A stretch of 63,470 nucleotides of DNA, filler included, from Sluysia triapertura (taxonomy: Eukaryota): assembly GCA_046118255.1 (NCBI GenBank). It is 5 parts of 5 records of this genome, joined end to end, with 100 filler letters (N's around TTAATTAATTAA, not from the genome) between each part and the next. Parts side by side here need not be neighbours in the genome. Positions count along the whole stretch, not along the records: positions 26,870 to 39,197 come from JBJNIA010119084.1; positions 39,298 to 50,670 come from JBJNIA010185457.1; positions 50,771 to 63,470 come from JBJNIA010088908.1; 2 more parts are not named here. One strand, 5' to 3'. Both the position numbers and the translations under genes were made by a program. Each line of letters opens with the position of its first letter. Within the stretch, counting starts at the first letter, position 1. Positions 37,957-52,154 of the stretch are shown in pieces. Below the pieces are notes generated by a model. The model did not search any database. It was not told where the DNA came from and worked only from the letters and a program-made list of their open reading frames with translations.

Positions 37957-39001
37957 GTTAATTATATTAATCAATTATATTTTGTTACGTATTTAAATTA
38001 GTTTCAATTGCTTTTAGCAAACTCGTTTTGATTCCTTTCGCTGATAATTCAGATTAAAACTTCAAAGCTTAAAAAAGTCAAATACTCAACTTTCAAATTA
38101 CAGTTACTAAAAATAAACTTGAATAATAATAAAAAATTAAGTCACGTTCAAATTAATATATTTTTTTATAAATTTTAAAAACAATAAGGTTTAATTAATA
38201 TTATATCTACTTATTGTGTAACTTAATATATTATTTTAAGCTCTTTTATTAAAATAAATAAAGATAAAATAAGATATTTTATTTTTCAAATAAAAGTATA
38301 TAGTAATTATTATTTATTAAGTCCTTGTTTTTCTTTAACAAAGAAAAAGAATAACAATAAAATACGAATATTAAATTTATTTTGTAACGTATGAATATAT
38401 TTTTAGAACTTATTAACAATAATAAAATTAGCCAATGGACAAATAATGAATATTGATACAATTAAGCATAAATTAAATTAAAGGTCCATATTGAAAATTC
38501 TATAATAATACTCAAAGAATGAATATTGAAACAAATTTGTGTTTTAAAAATTTTTTAATGTTTTCTTTAAATTAAAAAGAAATTTTTTTTGTAATTAAGA
38601 AATTTTTTCTTGTAAAATATTTATTTTCTTGTAAATTATTTATTATGTACTTGATTTGATGTAACAAATAAAAATGCTTTTAAAATATAGAATTTATGAC
38701 AAGTAAATAATTAAGAGATTTTATTTCCAATATTTAATCAAAATTATTTTTAAAAAGTAAATGAATTCATTTTATTAATTAGTACCATTTATTACAATTT
38801 CAAATAATTTGTTTTTTAATTCATTCTTAAAAAAATTTTGTCATAACATTATCCCAAAAAATGTAATAATTTCTAATATCCTAAAATTAAAATTGATAAT
38901 AAATATTACTTAGTTTAGTAAATATGATGACGGTTTTATTTTTGCCATAAAACTAATAGAAAATTTGTTATTAAACATTAATAAATTTTCATAAATAAAT
39001 T

Positions 39002-39197
39002 ATGTCGGCAATGTCAAAAACAAGTTCTATTGACCCAATACCAACAGAACTTATCAAAAATAATTCAATTTTGACTAAAGTTATTCCGGTTTTATTGAAA
39101 ATTATCAATAATTCATTATGTAGTCTAAAATTTCCGTCAAGTGAAAAAGTATCCGTTATAATACCTCATCTGAAACATGGTGATCCATTGCTTTTAA
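39002..39197 (+). mobile_element. LINE RT N-terminal fragment, cut by the contig edge
   Basis: KTSSIDPIPTELIK...LLKIINNSLCSLKFPSSEKVSVIIPHLK matches lDPIPt.llK...i..IiN.Sl..g.fP...K.a.v.PllK. Confidence 0.8.
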
Positions 39198-39297
39198 NNN
39201 NNNNNNNNNNNNNNNNNNNNNNNNNNNNNNNNNNNNNNNNNTTAATTAATTAANNNNNNNNNNNNNNNNNNNNNNNNNNNNNNNNNNNNNNNNNNNN

Positions 39298-39920
39298 CTG
39301 ATCACACCTTTTGCAAATTAATTCCGTCCGGCAGGTAATACAAATCAATATAAATAGCGTACGATAAAGGTTAAGTATTAATATTTGTCGAATTTTCGTG
39401 ATTTCCAACAATTTAATTATCGCCAATTAGATCTTTTCAAAGGTACATTCATCATTAAATTATATGTAATTTAGTTTACAAGTACATTTGAATTTTCGAA
39501 CTAGTACAATCACTTCAACGCACTGTCATCGTTATCAATTGTAACTTATCATTCAATTGAATAAAAATAAGACTAAATAATTCGTATTATATCTAAATTT
39601 ATGTATATAACAGGGTACAGGGCTTCGGTTAATTCATCGATCAAACCGAGCTAAAGGATTTCGATCTTCATTGCAGATTAGATTACTAGGAGCTAAGATT
39701 CCGAAAGGTCTTCAAGAAATTCGACTTAAAATTGATATTGCTGGTCAAATGGTGTCACGGCGCTTAGAACCGGATCCTTATTTAGAACATACATTTTATT
39801 GGAATCGAGCTAACGCTTATGGTATGGATATGTATGGTAGTTCAATAGTTAAAGGTCATTTTTATTTTATACCTTATTCATTCAAAATGTGTATTCGCTA
39901 TACTTATCAACGACTGTAAC
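39298..39920 (+). pseudogene. TENM: Teneurin fragment; one clean exon 39614-39854 between two damaged ones
   Basis: GTGLRLIHRSNRAKGFRSSLQIRLLGAKIPKGLQEIRLKIDIAGQMVSRRLEPDPYLEHTFYWNRANAYGMDMYG matches the teneurin extracellular region. Upstream LIPS/RQVIQ and downstream CIRYTYQ/DC are frameshifted. Confidence 0.75.
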
Positions 39921-41299
39921 TGCTTCATGTCTGCGCTTATTAAATAAAAAGGTCCATGGGCCAAGAGAAATAGCAACTACTAGATAGCATAAGTTGTCTA
40001 TGAACTATGACCAAAGTGATAGAATGGTGTACAAAGTATTTCGTACTATTTCGAGTGGATTTTATTGGAAATTCAATTATCTTTTAGATGACTCATAAAA
40101 GTGAAAAGAATATTAACATCATTATGGATCGTGAAGTGAACTCGAGGTATGTTCGCCTACTACTAAGACCCTTGACAAAATAATGACAGACTTTTACCTA
40201 TAAATAACAGAATAATATACAAGTATTTGCTTAGAGCAATTTTGTCTGGGTAAATCCTTAATTGAATTCTAATATCGTCGTATATCACTCTGATATCACT
40301 GTAAATCTTGTCTTCTGTCTTGAGGAAGTCAATTCTAATTTAGGTTGAAGCTAGATTTTAATTTACATCTATTGTTTACCATTCTGTGAGTCTTGATAAC
40401 TTATTTAATATAGTAATAATGAATGTCTAAGGTTTACTTCAAGCTTAAGATCAATTAATTGGATGAGGCAGGAATTTGCATCAATTCATACACTGAGCAT
40501 TAAGTTTAATATGTAATTTGAATAATCAACGCGAATTAAAAGAAAATAAACGAAAATGCAACTTAACTTTAATAAATCACACACTTCATAAAAAAGTTAC
40601 TAAAATATTATTTAATAGAATAACTGATTTAATATTCGAACTGTTTTCTTCGAGTTTGTATTAACTTCTATTTATAATAGATTTGATTCTATAACAGGAT
40701 TTTTGTCCAACTGTTAATCTTTTAACATGTTCTTCTGATAATTCATCGCAATGGGTTTCATTTGTGAGGTTCCATTACGTGCCAATTAAAACTTCCACGA
40801 ATGTAGAAGCCTTATTTATATCTACATCCATGTTATGTTTGTGAAGTAGTTACATTTCAAAATGGTCCATTTAATAATCAAATTTATCAAGATTATATTA
40901 TCTTAATTTATTATTATTATTATTACATTATTTTGATTGTATTTTTCATTTTAAATCAAATGTGATGTAAAATAGTTACAAAATTTAAGACTAGTGTTCG
41001 AAATGAAGAGGGTAATTTACAACACTCTTTACAGAAATATCTTTTGCAAATGATAAAATGAAAAAAGAACTACCAAGACAGTCATTGTGACGGTTTTCAA
41101 ATTTCATGCTTGAAAATTTGATATAATTTATGCATTGTTATAGAATTTTATGACGCGACTTTTAATGAAGTATAAGAACAGTTAAATATTCCTAATCAAT
41201 TTCCACTCAGCTACTTTAACTTCCATAATTAGTACGATTTTTACAAAATGACGGCTTTAACAATTTCAAAGTTGAATCATCCAATGTGCTAAGCAGCCA

Positions 41300-41620
41300 T
41301 TATAACGGGATCTATTTTGTTCCCGTTTCTAATAGTAAGAACTGACTGGTCTTACTGGTTAATGTTACCAGGACACATTCATTATCAGTTGTACAATCTC
41401 GGAAAATAGTATGAACATATTTTTATAAAATATTGAAGTTTATTTTTACTAAGTCCTAGGAAACAATTATTCGAATAATTCAAAAAACTCACTAGTATAA
41501 AAGAAGCCTCCTCCCAAAATACAAGGCAATGGATTGTATTACAGAAAACTCAAAAAAGTCCTTATGAATGTAAAGCTTGCAACAAATATATTTGTAGCAA
41601 GTGTTCATCTAAGATAAAAT
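41300..41620 (+). mobile_element. Possible piggyBac C-terminal relic
   Basis: YECKACNKYICSKC resembles the piggyBac C-terminal Cys-rich domain. Heavily decayed. Confidence 0.4.
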
Positions 41621-43904
41621 GTACTTGTAAAATATGTGTCTAATTGTTATTTGAAATGTGCTCTACTATAAATGCAATTGTACTTTTATTTACTTTTACA
41701 TTCTTTTATTTACATTACTTAGATCAAAAGTTACAATGAAAGCCATGATCAAAAATCCGTCAATTTGATTGCTGTCGTAAAACTAGGTATATAATTATCA
41801 TCAGTTGTTCTAGTGTTAAGATACAATTTCTGTAATTATATTAGTGATACTGATTCATTATGGTTAACATATTGAAATATAGGTTGTAACAATTATGAAG
41901 TTAAATTGAATGTTGAATAAGACTTGAGTTGTAAGTGGATATTTAAATTGTATAAAGAGATTAGAAGGTGAACAGTAAAAATTGTGATATATTGAGATAG
42001 GGAATGCTTTATATTGCTGTTAATCTTCGTGACTGTCTTGTATTACATTATATTAACATTGTTGCTAATGATTCGTGTTTTACTATATAGAATAATGCGG
42101 ACAAACAAAATAAATAAACTTTTTTGTTTATTTTAGACTATTCTTGTTTAAAAAATAATAAAATTTAACGATCATTCTGGATTTTGAATTACTTTTTAAT
42201 TATTATTACTTGGACAGCATAAACAAAATGTTCGTGTCAGGATGTGCTTGAGTTGTCTAGACAGGACTTCTACTCAAAACGGAAAGAATAGAGCACTGTG
42301 TTGATAGTAATCTCTTGTCCAATTGAAATTGAAATTATTCGACAAAATAAAACAACTGTGCCTGTTTCTTTTTGTCTTACACGACTGTAAACGATGCAAT
42401 GAAATAATCGAATTTAATTTATAAATTCTCTATTTTTTGTTTTCTACTTTTGTCGCAATCGATATTCTTTTAATAAGCATCAATTATTATAACAAAACCA
42501 TTTATTTATTATTGAACTCATCGTAAAAATCGGACTCAAATTAATTAATTCCATTATATTACCTTTTTTGTCAAAATATCAAATTTTAAAAATATAATAA
42601 TGCAATCGTAATCTTCATCGACAACAATGAAGCGTGTCACATCGTGTGAACCGACAAGAAAATGGATCAACAATGGATAATGGAAACACTTGTACTAACA
42701 TGTGATTGGTGTTAGAAATAGTAAATATTTTCCTTTTATATATTTCATTTTTCTAGAAATCTTATGATTGGCTATTGAGAAATAAGAAATACGGACATAC
42801 ACACAGCGTACACGTCATGGACTGTTAATTTAATGTGTGTAACATGTTCCGAAGATACGCATTGTGTGTTTTAATATTAATTATAACAATCAAAGCTTAT
42901 TTTTAAACTGTTTCTTTCGCAATTAATCTTATTTAATTTTACCGCAATATCACGATGAATACATTTATTTTATAAACATAACCAACATATATTTTTATTC
43001 AGATTAAGATAAACAAACGTAAGTTAAATTTTAATAATTTTAAACCGCGTGATTGGTAGATGCATTGTATGTATTGCCAGGTAGTCTCTTTTCTTATGTT
43101 AAGGTGGTAACAAACGCGGAATCTTTTCGTATGATGCTGATTGTTGTCCAGAAAATGTCCGCGAAATAAAAATGAAAATGTAAACAAATTTATTTTCACT
43201 CGTCAGTTGTTATGCGGACACCAATCGCTCATTACTGCAAGAAAAAGATCACGCACATGTTAAATTCAAATGACAAATCAGACTCGTCATCTGTAACTCA
43301 TCAAATATACCCAAAGTGTTAATATTTTGTTAATACAAAATAAATGAATCTATTGTTTCTCTGAAAGATGAGATATTCAAAATTTGTATATTTTTTGGTT
43401 TTCGTCGCTATTTTCTTTTGTTTCAAAAATTGTGAGTTACTATTTATAGAACTTGGTTTATAAAGGTCATACAATCATTGAACGAAGATTAAATTAGAGC
43501 AATTTACATGGGAACAAACCATTTATTACATTCTTAAATTCTTTAACTGAGTGCTTTCTTTACAACTTGTTTAGATTATTTCGCACATGTTTTGGAATTC
43601 TGCCATTTTCACCTTGCAACACAGANNNNNNNNNNNNNNNNNNNNNNNNNNNNNNNNNNNNNNNNNNNNNNNNNNNNNNNNNNNNNNNNNNNNNNNNNNN
43701 NNNNNNNNNNNNNNNNNNNNNNNNNNNNNNNNNNNNNNNNNNNNNNNNNNNNNNNNNNNNNNNNNNNNNNNNNNNNNNNNNNNNNNNNNNNNNNNNNNNN
43801 NNNNNNNNNNNNNNNNNNATGGAGAATTATTAGAAGCTATTTTCAATAATAAAAGTAACAAAAAAAGTAATTCTTGAATTCGAAAATATTGCTTTTAAAT
43901 TCGT

Positions 43905-44009
43905 CTAATTCGTCCATATAAAATAAACTAACAGAAGACTGTTTTTGTAAAATTTATCCTTCAAAGGATCCACCTCTTCCTCTTCAGTTGTGACCCAATC
44001 CAAGTCGCT

Positions 44010-44046
<37 letters not shown>

Positions 44047-47000
44047 ACATCGGTATCGATGTCCAACTTCTGTATTTCCTCGTCTTGACCTACAAGTCGA
44101 TAGTTTTGTTCCACGCCGGCACTGTCAGAATCGAGATCACTACTCGTGTAATCAAATTCATCTCCCATATCGTCTTCAGAATCATCACAAAATATATCGC
44201 CATTGTGTCGCCGAATAATTATCGCACTCCCAGCAGTCCCACCGCCAAATGAGTTGTCCATTCCCTCATCGTCATCCCCCACTATCGAGTCCACTGTTAA
44301 CAGCAATTCCGTTGGAGATATGGCTTCCTCGACTCCGTCAGGCCATCGAATCATTAGCTTACCTTCGTCAGGAGGCAGGAGGCCTATTACGTAACCGGCT
44401 GGATAGTTATTGTGACTCGACTCCGGCTTCACAACCACTTCACTACCCAGCATCAAATGGTGTTCATTCAAGGTGCTAATATCGTAGACTCCCATTTCTT
44501 GAGGTTCCCCGCTCTTCAATAACTGGTATCTATCGGGTTCTGAGGAATAATCGAACCACTGTACAGTTGCCACTCTTTCTCTGAATGATAATTGTGATTA
44601 TCATTATATTATTATGATTATTATCAACTTGAATAAGCGGACAAGAAACACAATTGAAATGGATTCATTTATTTGTCCACCGGTTCGGGACAGAGGAGTG
44701 CGAACAGTTCAATAACATTGTCTTAAATAAATAAATTATAAACAAATTATAATTATCGAATTGGAACGAAAGTCTTGTCCAATGAAGAAAACATCATCTT
44801 TAACCAATGGTCCCCCACTTCTCTCTTCATCATTAGCAACGAAATGAATATTTGAATTGTTTGCTAGCAGTTTCTCGATAGCAAACAGGGAGTTAATCTT
44901 CTCAATTTCTGGCGCATTCATTCCGCAAAAAATAAGTCAGCTTTTCAAGTCAATTCGCTTAAACTCCATCATCATATGTCACAAAATAATATTTTATAAG
45001 TGACAGCTACTTGAAACAATTATTTAATTATAAGATAGAAATTAAACTCTTAAAAAAGGATTTAATATTACATTTAAACTAAGCAACATTTCTTCATAAA
45101 ACATTGAAATTTTTTAGATTTAGATATATTTCCAATTTACTTATTGTCTTTATCAGTTAAATAAATATTATTTAAGTCTATCGTCCCAATCCTACAAATC
45201 TGTCTTATATAAATCTATCTACTTGCTATTCTTTCCATGTGTTTACTAATCATTGTGCCTCCAAAATCGTCTATCTCTGATGGCATGATGAATTTTATTT
45301 TGTCGAATAGAACAAAGCTCTGCCGCGGAACGACTGATAATGCTATAATGTAGCACAGAGTCTGCGAGAAAGATCAACTTTAAAATAACAGTAAATGAGA
45401 ATTAACTGTTCACACGATATTAAATGCAATAATAAGTATAATAAATAAGCAATTTGTGCATAAATGAGCATGCTTAAAACACTATGGAAACAATGGAATG
45501 AATTACAGAAGTATAGCTTAAGGAAGAATCTATTATAGTCGAGAAAGTATACTGAGAAACATTGGCTATAATAAAATTATATTATGCAGCAAAAGTAGTA
45601 ACTTTAAGTAGAATGGTGGCCAAATTATCAGACGAAAGACAACCATTTTTGTGATAAAATTCAACATTTTTCAAGGATATTATGAAACTATTAATCAAAA
45701 GTGCGTAAGGCATTGTAAATCTTGCAAAATAACTACTTTCTCCAAAAGATTCTGGTGAAACTAAAATAATAGATAAAAATACGAGATCCAAAACAGACAG
45801 AAATTTTATTCATTTAGAATGTGATAACACAATTTACTACAAATCAAATATGTACAAACTGTTGCATCAGTACTTTGTTTGCCCTCCTTTGTTATCCAAT
45901 AGTTTCCTGATTCTTAAAGGCATGTCACAGATAAGCTTGTGGCACAAGTCTTTGATCTCGTTATCGTGATGCCATACTTTTATCAGTGTTTCAATAAGTT
46001 CCGTCAGGGTGGTTGGTTTGTGAGCAAAAACTCTCCTTTTGTCAATATCTCATAGATTTTCTATGGGATTCATGTCTGAGAGTTTCCAGGCCAGGGTAGC
46101 AAATATTAAGAAAACCAAAGAAAAACATATTTTTCCTGTTTTAGTCTAATAATAATAATTATAATCATCAACACAAATTAGAAAGCAAGTATGGCGGGTT
46201 GAAATGGATCACTGACGATAGAAGAAAAGAAGATACTTTCATTAAGGAATCGAACATACAATCGATGATCAATATTTGTCATTGTGTGGAAAACTGATTT
46301 AATAATTTAAGTAACCTGTAATTACAACTGCCATAGATAAGTGTGCTAGAAACTTCTTTATTTGTGTCATTTAATGATACATTTCATAATTTATTGACAT
46401 CCTGAACACTCCGAGCGTCCTTACAGATTCCAGCTTCATTGTGATATTCATTTTAAACATTTACCACAAATAAAGTTCGAAATGGAGAAAACAAAAATTA
46501 ATTCCACCTTAACATTGTACTCAATACTTGGTTCAGTTAAACAAACTCAATTAACGAATGGCATTAAAGAAGAATTGCAATAGAAAAAATAAATTATCAA
46601 TTATTATTTCTGAATACTCGCGAATGAATCGATGGTTTNNNNNNNNNNNNNNNNNNNNNNNNNNNNNNNNNNNNNNNNNNNNNNNNNNNNNNNNNNNNNN
46701 NNNNNNNNNNNNNNNNNNNNNNNNNNNNNNNNNNNNNNNNNNNNNNNNNNNNNNNNNNNNNNNNNNNNNNNNNNNNNNNNNNNNNNNNNTAGTAATAATA
46801 ATTACAGTAATAATAATGATACTAAAAATGATAATAATAATAGTAATAATAATAGCTGTATTTGCCCAGTACACTTATTCCATATTCCTTAGTAAATCAC
46901 ACCTCTTACTTCGTGTCTGACTTGATTATTGTTCCAAAATTGTGCATATTTTCTAACTCTTTCGATTCCGGATTCTGAAGATCGAATTTCTGGATAACGA

Positions 47001-49205
47001 AATCGCCCGGAAAAAAATCGTGTTCATCAATATTATAAATCTGTGGGATAAGGCTTGTGGCCGGTAAATCGTAACTTTTGCTACCATCTTGCCAATTAAC
47101 ATCGACAAAAGTTCGACGCATAAGAATGCCAACTGGAAATTTCGAATTAGGGCGCAGTTTTTGGCTGATTACCGACTGCAATAACTCGTACATTGCTTTA
47201 TTATTAGTGGATGCCGGTTTTTTGTCGCGTTTGTGAGACGATTTGTGATTGATTCCTGCGTCTGTACTGGATGATGAATGATGCGATACTGTTAAAGCAG
47301 CGCCAGAAGACGACGAAGAATCAAAGTCTGAATCATTATAACGAATTTTGGAAGAATTTTGACGCTTTCCACACCTATATTTAGCACCTGTTAATATGCG
47401 CTTTCTTGGTTTTATAACATGTCCACCAAATACCACCTACACAACATAAATAATAATAATAATGATTATGATAAAATTAATAACGATAATAATAATATGG
47501 TAAAATGTAAAAAACATGTTTACATATTGACTAATAAATAAAACAATAAACGCAATCTGTGCTAAGCACATTGTAGCACATTTCAAAATGACAATATATT
47601 GTCTATTTAACAAAATAATTCTGTCATGTAAATTAGATAATCGATGAATTAGAATTTGTTAACATTGGTTTTCGATAAATCATTTAAAATAATATTCNNN
47701 NNNNNNNNNNNNNNNNNNNNNNNNNNNNNNNNNNNNNNNNNNNNNNNNNNNNNNNNNNNNNNNNNNNNNNNNNNNNNNNNNNNNNNNNNNNNNNNNNNNN
47801 NNNNNNNNNNNNNNNNNNNNNNNNNNNNNNNNNNNNNNNNNNNNNNNNNNNNNNNNNNNNNNNNNNNNNNNNNNNNNNNNNNNNNNNNNNNNNNNNNNNN
47901 NNNNNNNNNNNNNNNNNNNNNNNNNNNNNNNNNNNNNNNNNNNNNNNNNNNNNNNNNNNNNNNNNNNNNNNNNNNNNNNNNNGTAGATTTAGAATCAGAT
48001 AGTGATTGTGACATGCATAATTTTCAAGAACTCTTACGTTGATTTGTTGCATAAATCGAAGTTCCAAGATAATAAAAAGAATTCTAATAAATAATTTTGT
48101 GCGCATTTTATTGAACAATAATTTATGATTAGAAAGTATTATAAAAAGTATTATATTAGTTGCACTCGATAGATTTCACATTATAAGCTCTATTTTAATA
48201 TATTACTTATTTTTTCGAACTTCAAACGAGTTAAGTCAAATTTTCATTATGGCTGAGCCAGACTTTACGACAGATTATAATACTCGTTAAAGTAAGCCTA
48301 TCCAACTCCACACGATATTTCGTCACAGATGTCAGCAAATCCAAATCTCAAAATTCTGTTATTTTTATACCCACCTTCATCCAATTGTTCCAGTACGCTT
48401 TTCTGAACTAATAGTGAAATCTGACCCAGTGCTTAATATAATACTAATTCAGTGGTACAGACTGAATAAAAGCAGGTCGAATTATATTTTGTAAATACAT
48501 GCTAAAAATGAGTTCTTAAAATATAAAAATATCATAAAAAATCATAGAAATTGTACTTTTATATTTTTAGTAACAAGGTCACTTCTATTCTTAGTAACAT
48601 GATGTCATCATTTTTGACAAAACCAATCAACATACAAACACTATCGCACATTATTCGATGAAAAAAGAACTTCACATCATCGCAGAATAAGCAAGTGTCA
48701 CTATTTCTGAAAATAAGAGCATCCCTCTTGCACGTACTTTATCTCAATCCACATATCCACCTATGAGAAAATGCAGTAACGCTCCAACAAATAAACTCAA
48801 TAAATTAAAGGATCTAGCCTTGTTTGAGGGTCCTTATATCCATCTATTGTGTACCACAAAATGTCACATAGTCATAAAACTGAACAAACTTGGTTTTCTG
48901 CATGCTTTTTTAATTGATCTTCATTTTCATTTGTAGCAGCACAAGCGGCAGAAATGTCATGCCGTGATAATTGGTCATTCATAAGTTTGTACAGAATCAC
49001 TTGCAGATCATCGTTCGGATCACTAAATCAATAATAGTGTATTTGAATCTACTTATAAAATTAAATAGTAAAAATAAAATCATTTATTTAAGAATGCACG
49101 CAAATTTTCATAAAGTATAAAACGACAATTAAAACTTTTTTATAAACGTCGCAGCACCCACTTTAACCGGAAAACATACCGTGGACTGAAGCGACAGTAC
49201 AAAGA
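43905..49205 (-). CDS. UBE2O: UBE2O-like E2/E3 hybrid enzyme, partial. Firm exons 47436-46910 and 44580-~43930; probable exons 49205-49180 and ~49022-48889
   Basis: TFVDVNWQDGSKSYDLPATSLIP...DEHDFFPGDFV...FGTIIKSDTK|ERVATVQWF...EMGVYDI...GYVIG...LMIRWPDG. The phase-2 GT..AG join is consistent. Start and UBC domain not found; several N gaps. Confidence 0.85.
45780..46150 (-). mobile_element. Tc1 transposase C-terminal relic in a UBE2O intron
   Basis: LPWPGNSSDMNPIENL...KPTTLTELIETLIKVW...DMPLRIRKLLDNKGGQTKY*. Confidence 0.88.
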
Positions 49206-49455
49206 CTGTGACATGTTGGAAACCCCTTAATTAGTTGATGTAAATTTAAAATAAGGTAAAAAGGACGAGAAAACGAAAAGAATTATAATTAATTATTATT
49301 ATAATTGTTTAAAATCCTACTTTGCATCAAATCACAGTGAACACTTATATATTGTTATAAGTAACGTAAAATTATTAAAAATTAAATTTTACAATTGATT
49401 ATTGTTTTGTGAAATTCCCTTTCCAATTGTGCATTGTGTTCTATATTGAATATAA

Positions 49456-49502
<47 letters not shown>

Positions 49503-50597
49503 TATAAAGATCGCGACCTTATCACTAAATATCACATCAGTTATTTAAAAAATCACGAATGGCAAGCTAATAAGATCGTAGTAATAATAATTAACACGTT
49601 GTCGCAAAGTGCGTCTGTGCCGCCTATTTTATCAACTAGAAAGCAAATGACGGCTCTATCCGACAAAAATATAGAATAAACATAACATTCTCCTTAACAG
49701 CTAAGAACATACTTTGTATGAATGTCTTAACGTCTTGAACAAGTCAGAACATGATGTTATGATAAGTAAATTACTGTTACATCCGTTCAAGAAGAGTTTT
49801 CCCCAAAACATTTTGAAAATGCGTGATAATTTTTGTTTTAGACATGCAAATTATGAAAATAATTTTTGGGGCGAAATGAGGAAAGAAACGTGTACAAATG
49901 GGGCAATCCTAATAAATTATTAAAAATTTATCCTTGAGGAAATTAGTTGATTATGAATTTCGAAGTTACAAATAGCAAATAGACTCTTAAAACTAAATTA
50001 TTACAGTGACAACTAATACAATAATCTAAGTCGTTATAATCCATGTTGCACGTCGATCTGACATTAAATTACCTAATTTCATTTTTAGCTAGCTCACAAA
50101 TAAATTACAATTTAAGAAAAATTCATTATTAAAGTGTCTTTGTTTTTATAATCAAATTTATTATTACGAAAGTTATGATTATTACTACTATCACCTTTAA
50201 TGAATATAATTGGTACGTTGTGTTAAAATTATTAAATAATTCCGTGTACAAATTGGCATATTTTTCGAAGATAAAAGACGGACAACCAAAACCCAGTCTC
50301 AAATGAGAGGAATGAGATAGCTAATTATAATATGTATATGAATTTATAAATAATGAGAATTTTATAGAACGACCCGAAAAAATCAAAGAAGCACACAATG
50401 ATACACAAATCAGAAGACACAATTTTAAATATCATTTCGCAACGCCACTTAGAACGAATGTTCAGGTGAGAAATTCGGCATTAGAGGAAATAAATAAAAT
50501 TATTTTTCTGTAATTGTCAATATCATTCTTTCTCCGATCAAATGAGAAGTGGCACCAAAGTGGTCAATACTTTTTACAGAGAATAAGAACGACTAGG

Positions 50598-50599
<2 letters not shown>

Positions 50600-50670
<71 letters not shown>
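50600..50670. repeat. (ATT)n microsatellite at a contig end
   Basis: Direct reading. Confidence 0.95.
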
Positions 50671-50770
50671 NNNNNNNNNNNNNNNNNNNNNNNNNNNNNN
50701 NNNNNNNNNNNNNNTTAATTAATTAANNNNNNNNNNNNNNNNNNNNNNNNNNNNNNNNNNNNNNNNNNNN

Positions 50771-52154
50771 CTAAATAATTAGTTGCTATTATCTGTTGAT
50801 GCTGGAGACGACTTTGATAAAATATCAGATATTTGGTAAGTATAATCACATTGCGTTTCGTATAATTTTTTAATTTCACGTAGTTCTGGTTTTTCATCCA
50901 TTACATATAGCACGAATTATGATGAATACTTTCGAGTTTTAGTAACTATTCTTTTGTTATGACTTTTATGAAAATATTTTCTAATTTTATTAATTTTTTT
51001 ACACTTTTTAATGACAATTAGCCATAAATTCTTTGTTCAATTATATTAATGATTGGTATCCAACCAAATCGTATAACTGATGTCTAGACATATACGTTTT
51101 TGGTTGGATAATCAATATAGTCACGAATTTTTGATGATTTAGCCAACAATTATGGCCTCCATCATCATCGTTGACAGTTAATTTTAAACGTTTAACAAAA
51201 TGTCATCGATGGTAATGTTCGTTGTTACTGCAGTTTTCGTTAATTAAATAATTAGTATTTTTATTATTATGATTATTATTATATACGCATGCATTTCTTT
51301 ATCTTTATAAACAAAACAAGATCTTTCTTTCTTTCTTGAGACTTATAAACACATTTTAAATTGAAATGCGATAGAAAATGATATAATTGAATGTAATAAC
51401 AAGATAAACAATATTATAGTTATTGTTGTTATTACATTGCATAAACTTTTGATTCTTTAAAAACTGTACACAATCTTCCTTTAACTCTTATTGATTTCTG
51501 AACAAATTGGACTACATTTAAATATGTTTAAAGCTAAAATCTCCACGTAAAAATTTATTTAAATAAATTTTGCATATATAATTAACGTTTCAAGGTGTGA
51601 TAGCAGTTTTTATGCCATATAGTGAAATTCAGAACGCTAGAATGAATTTTTAGATGGTGACTTAAGTTCTTAATTGAGAGTAATATTTGAATATCGTAAG
51701 ATGCATTGAGAAGAGTGTGGTTTAGTAAATGTGAAAAGATAAATTATAGTACAACTCTTAGTATATTTGAAAGGTTATTGTGCAATGTTATATGTGATTT
51801 GTTTTCTTGCTGTTTTTAAGTGATATTGTATTTTTTGCTGTTAGGGGTTATGCGATAATAATTGATGAATTTGAAAGGTTGTAATTGATTCGAAGATGTC
51901 GAGTGGATAATTTCGAATGTGATTATAATTTGATTGTTATGAATGTAGAGTAGCGTGTTTTTGATGGATCTCTTGATGTAAATTGATGGTATTGGGTATG
52001 AATGTGGTTTGTGTATTATGAGATTGTGAATATGAATTAATTTTGGCAAATGAACTGTTTTAGTGAGTGAAGAGAAAATAAATATGTGAATGTTAAATTG
52101 TTAAAAAAATTATTTTTTTATAAAATTTAATAGTTATGAAGGTTGACCACCACA
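50771..52154. mobile_element. Family C element copy 3 (left end probably beyond the contig edge)
   Basis: Ends GAAGGTTGACCACCACA. 51600-52154 aligns with 1700-2125 (e.g. AGTGTGGTTTAGT.AAT.T.AA..GATAAATTATAGT). Hairpin at 51166-51211 and CCAAT-like boxes near 51050-51110. Confidence 0.65.

Noticed and set aside
44736-44921. 61-aa ORF inside a UBE2O intron
   Set aside because: Flanking exons join in phase without it and it has no recognisable similarity.
43567-48118. ORFs containing long X runs
   Set aside because: Artefacts of translating through N gaps.
50780-50905. IKKLYETQCDYTYQISD as an upstream UBE2O exon
   Set aside because: Weak similarity, no suitable donor site, on another contig, and positioned as family C cargo.
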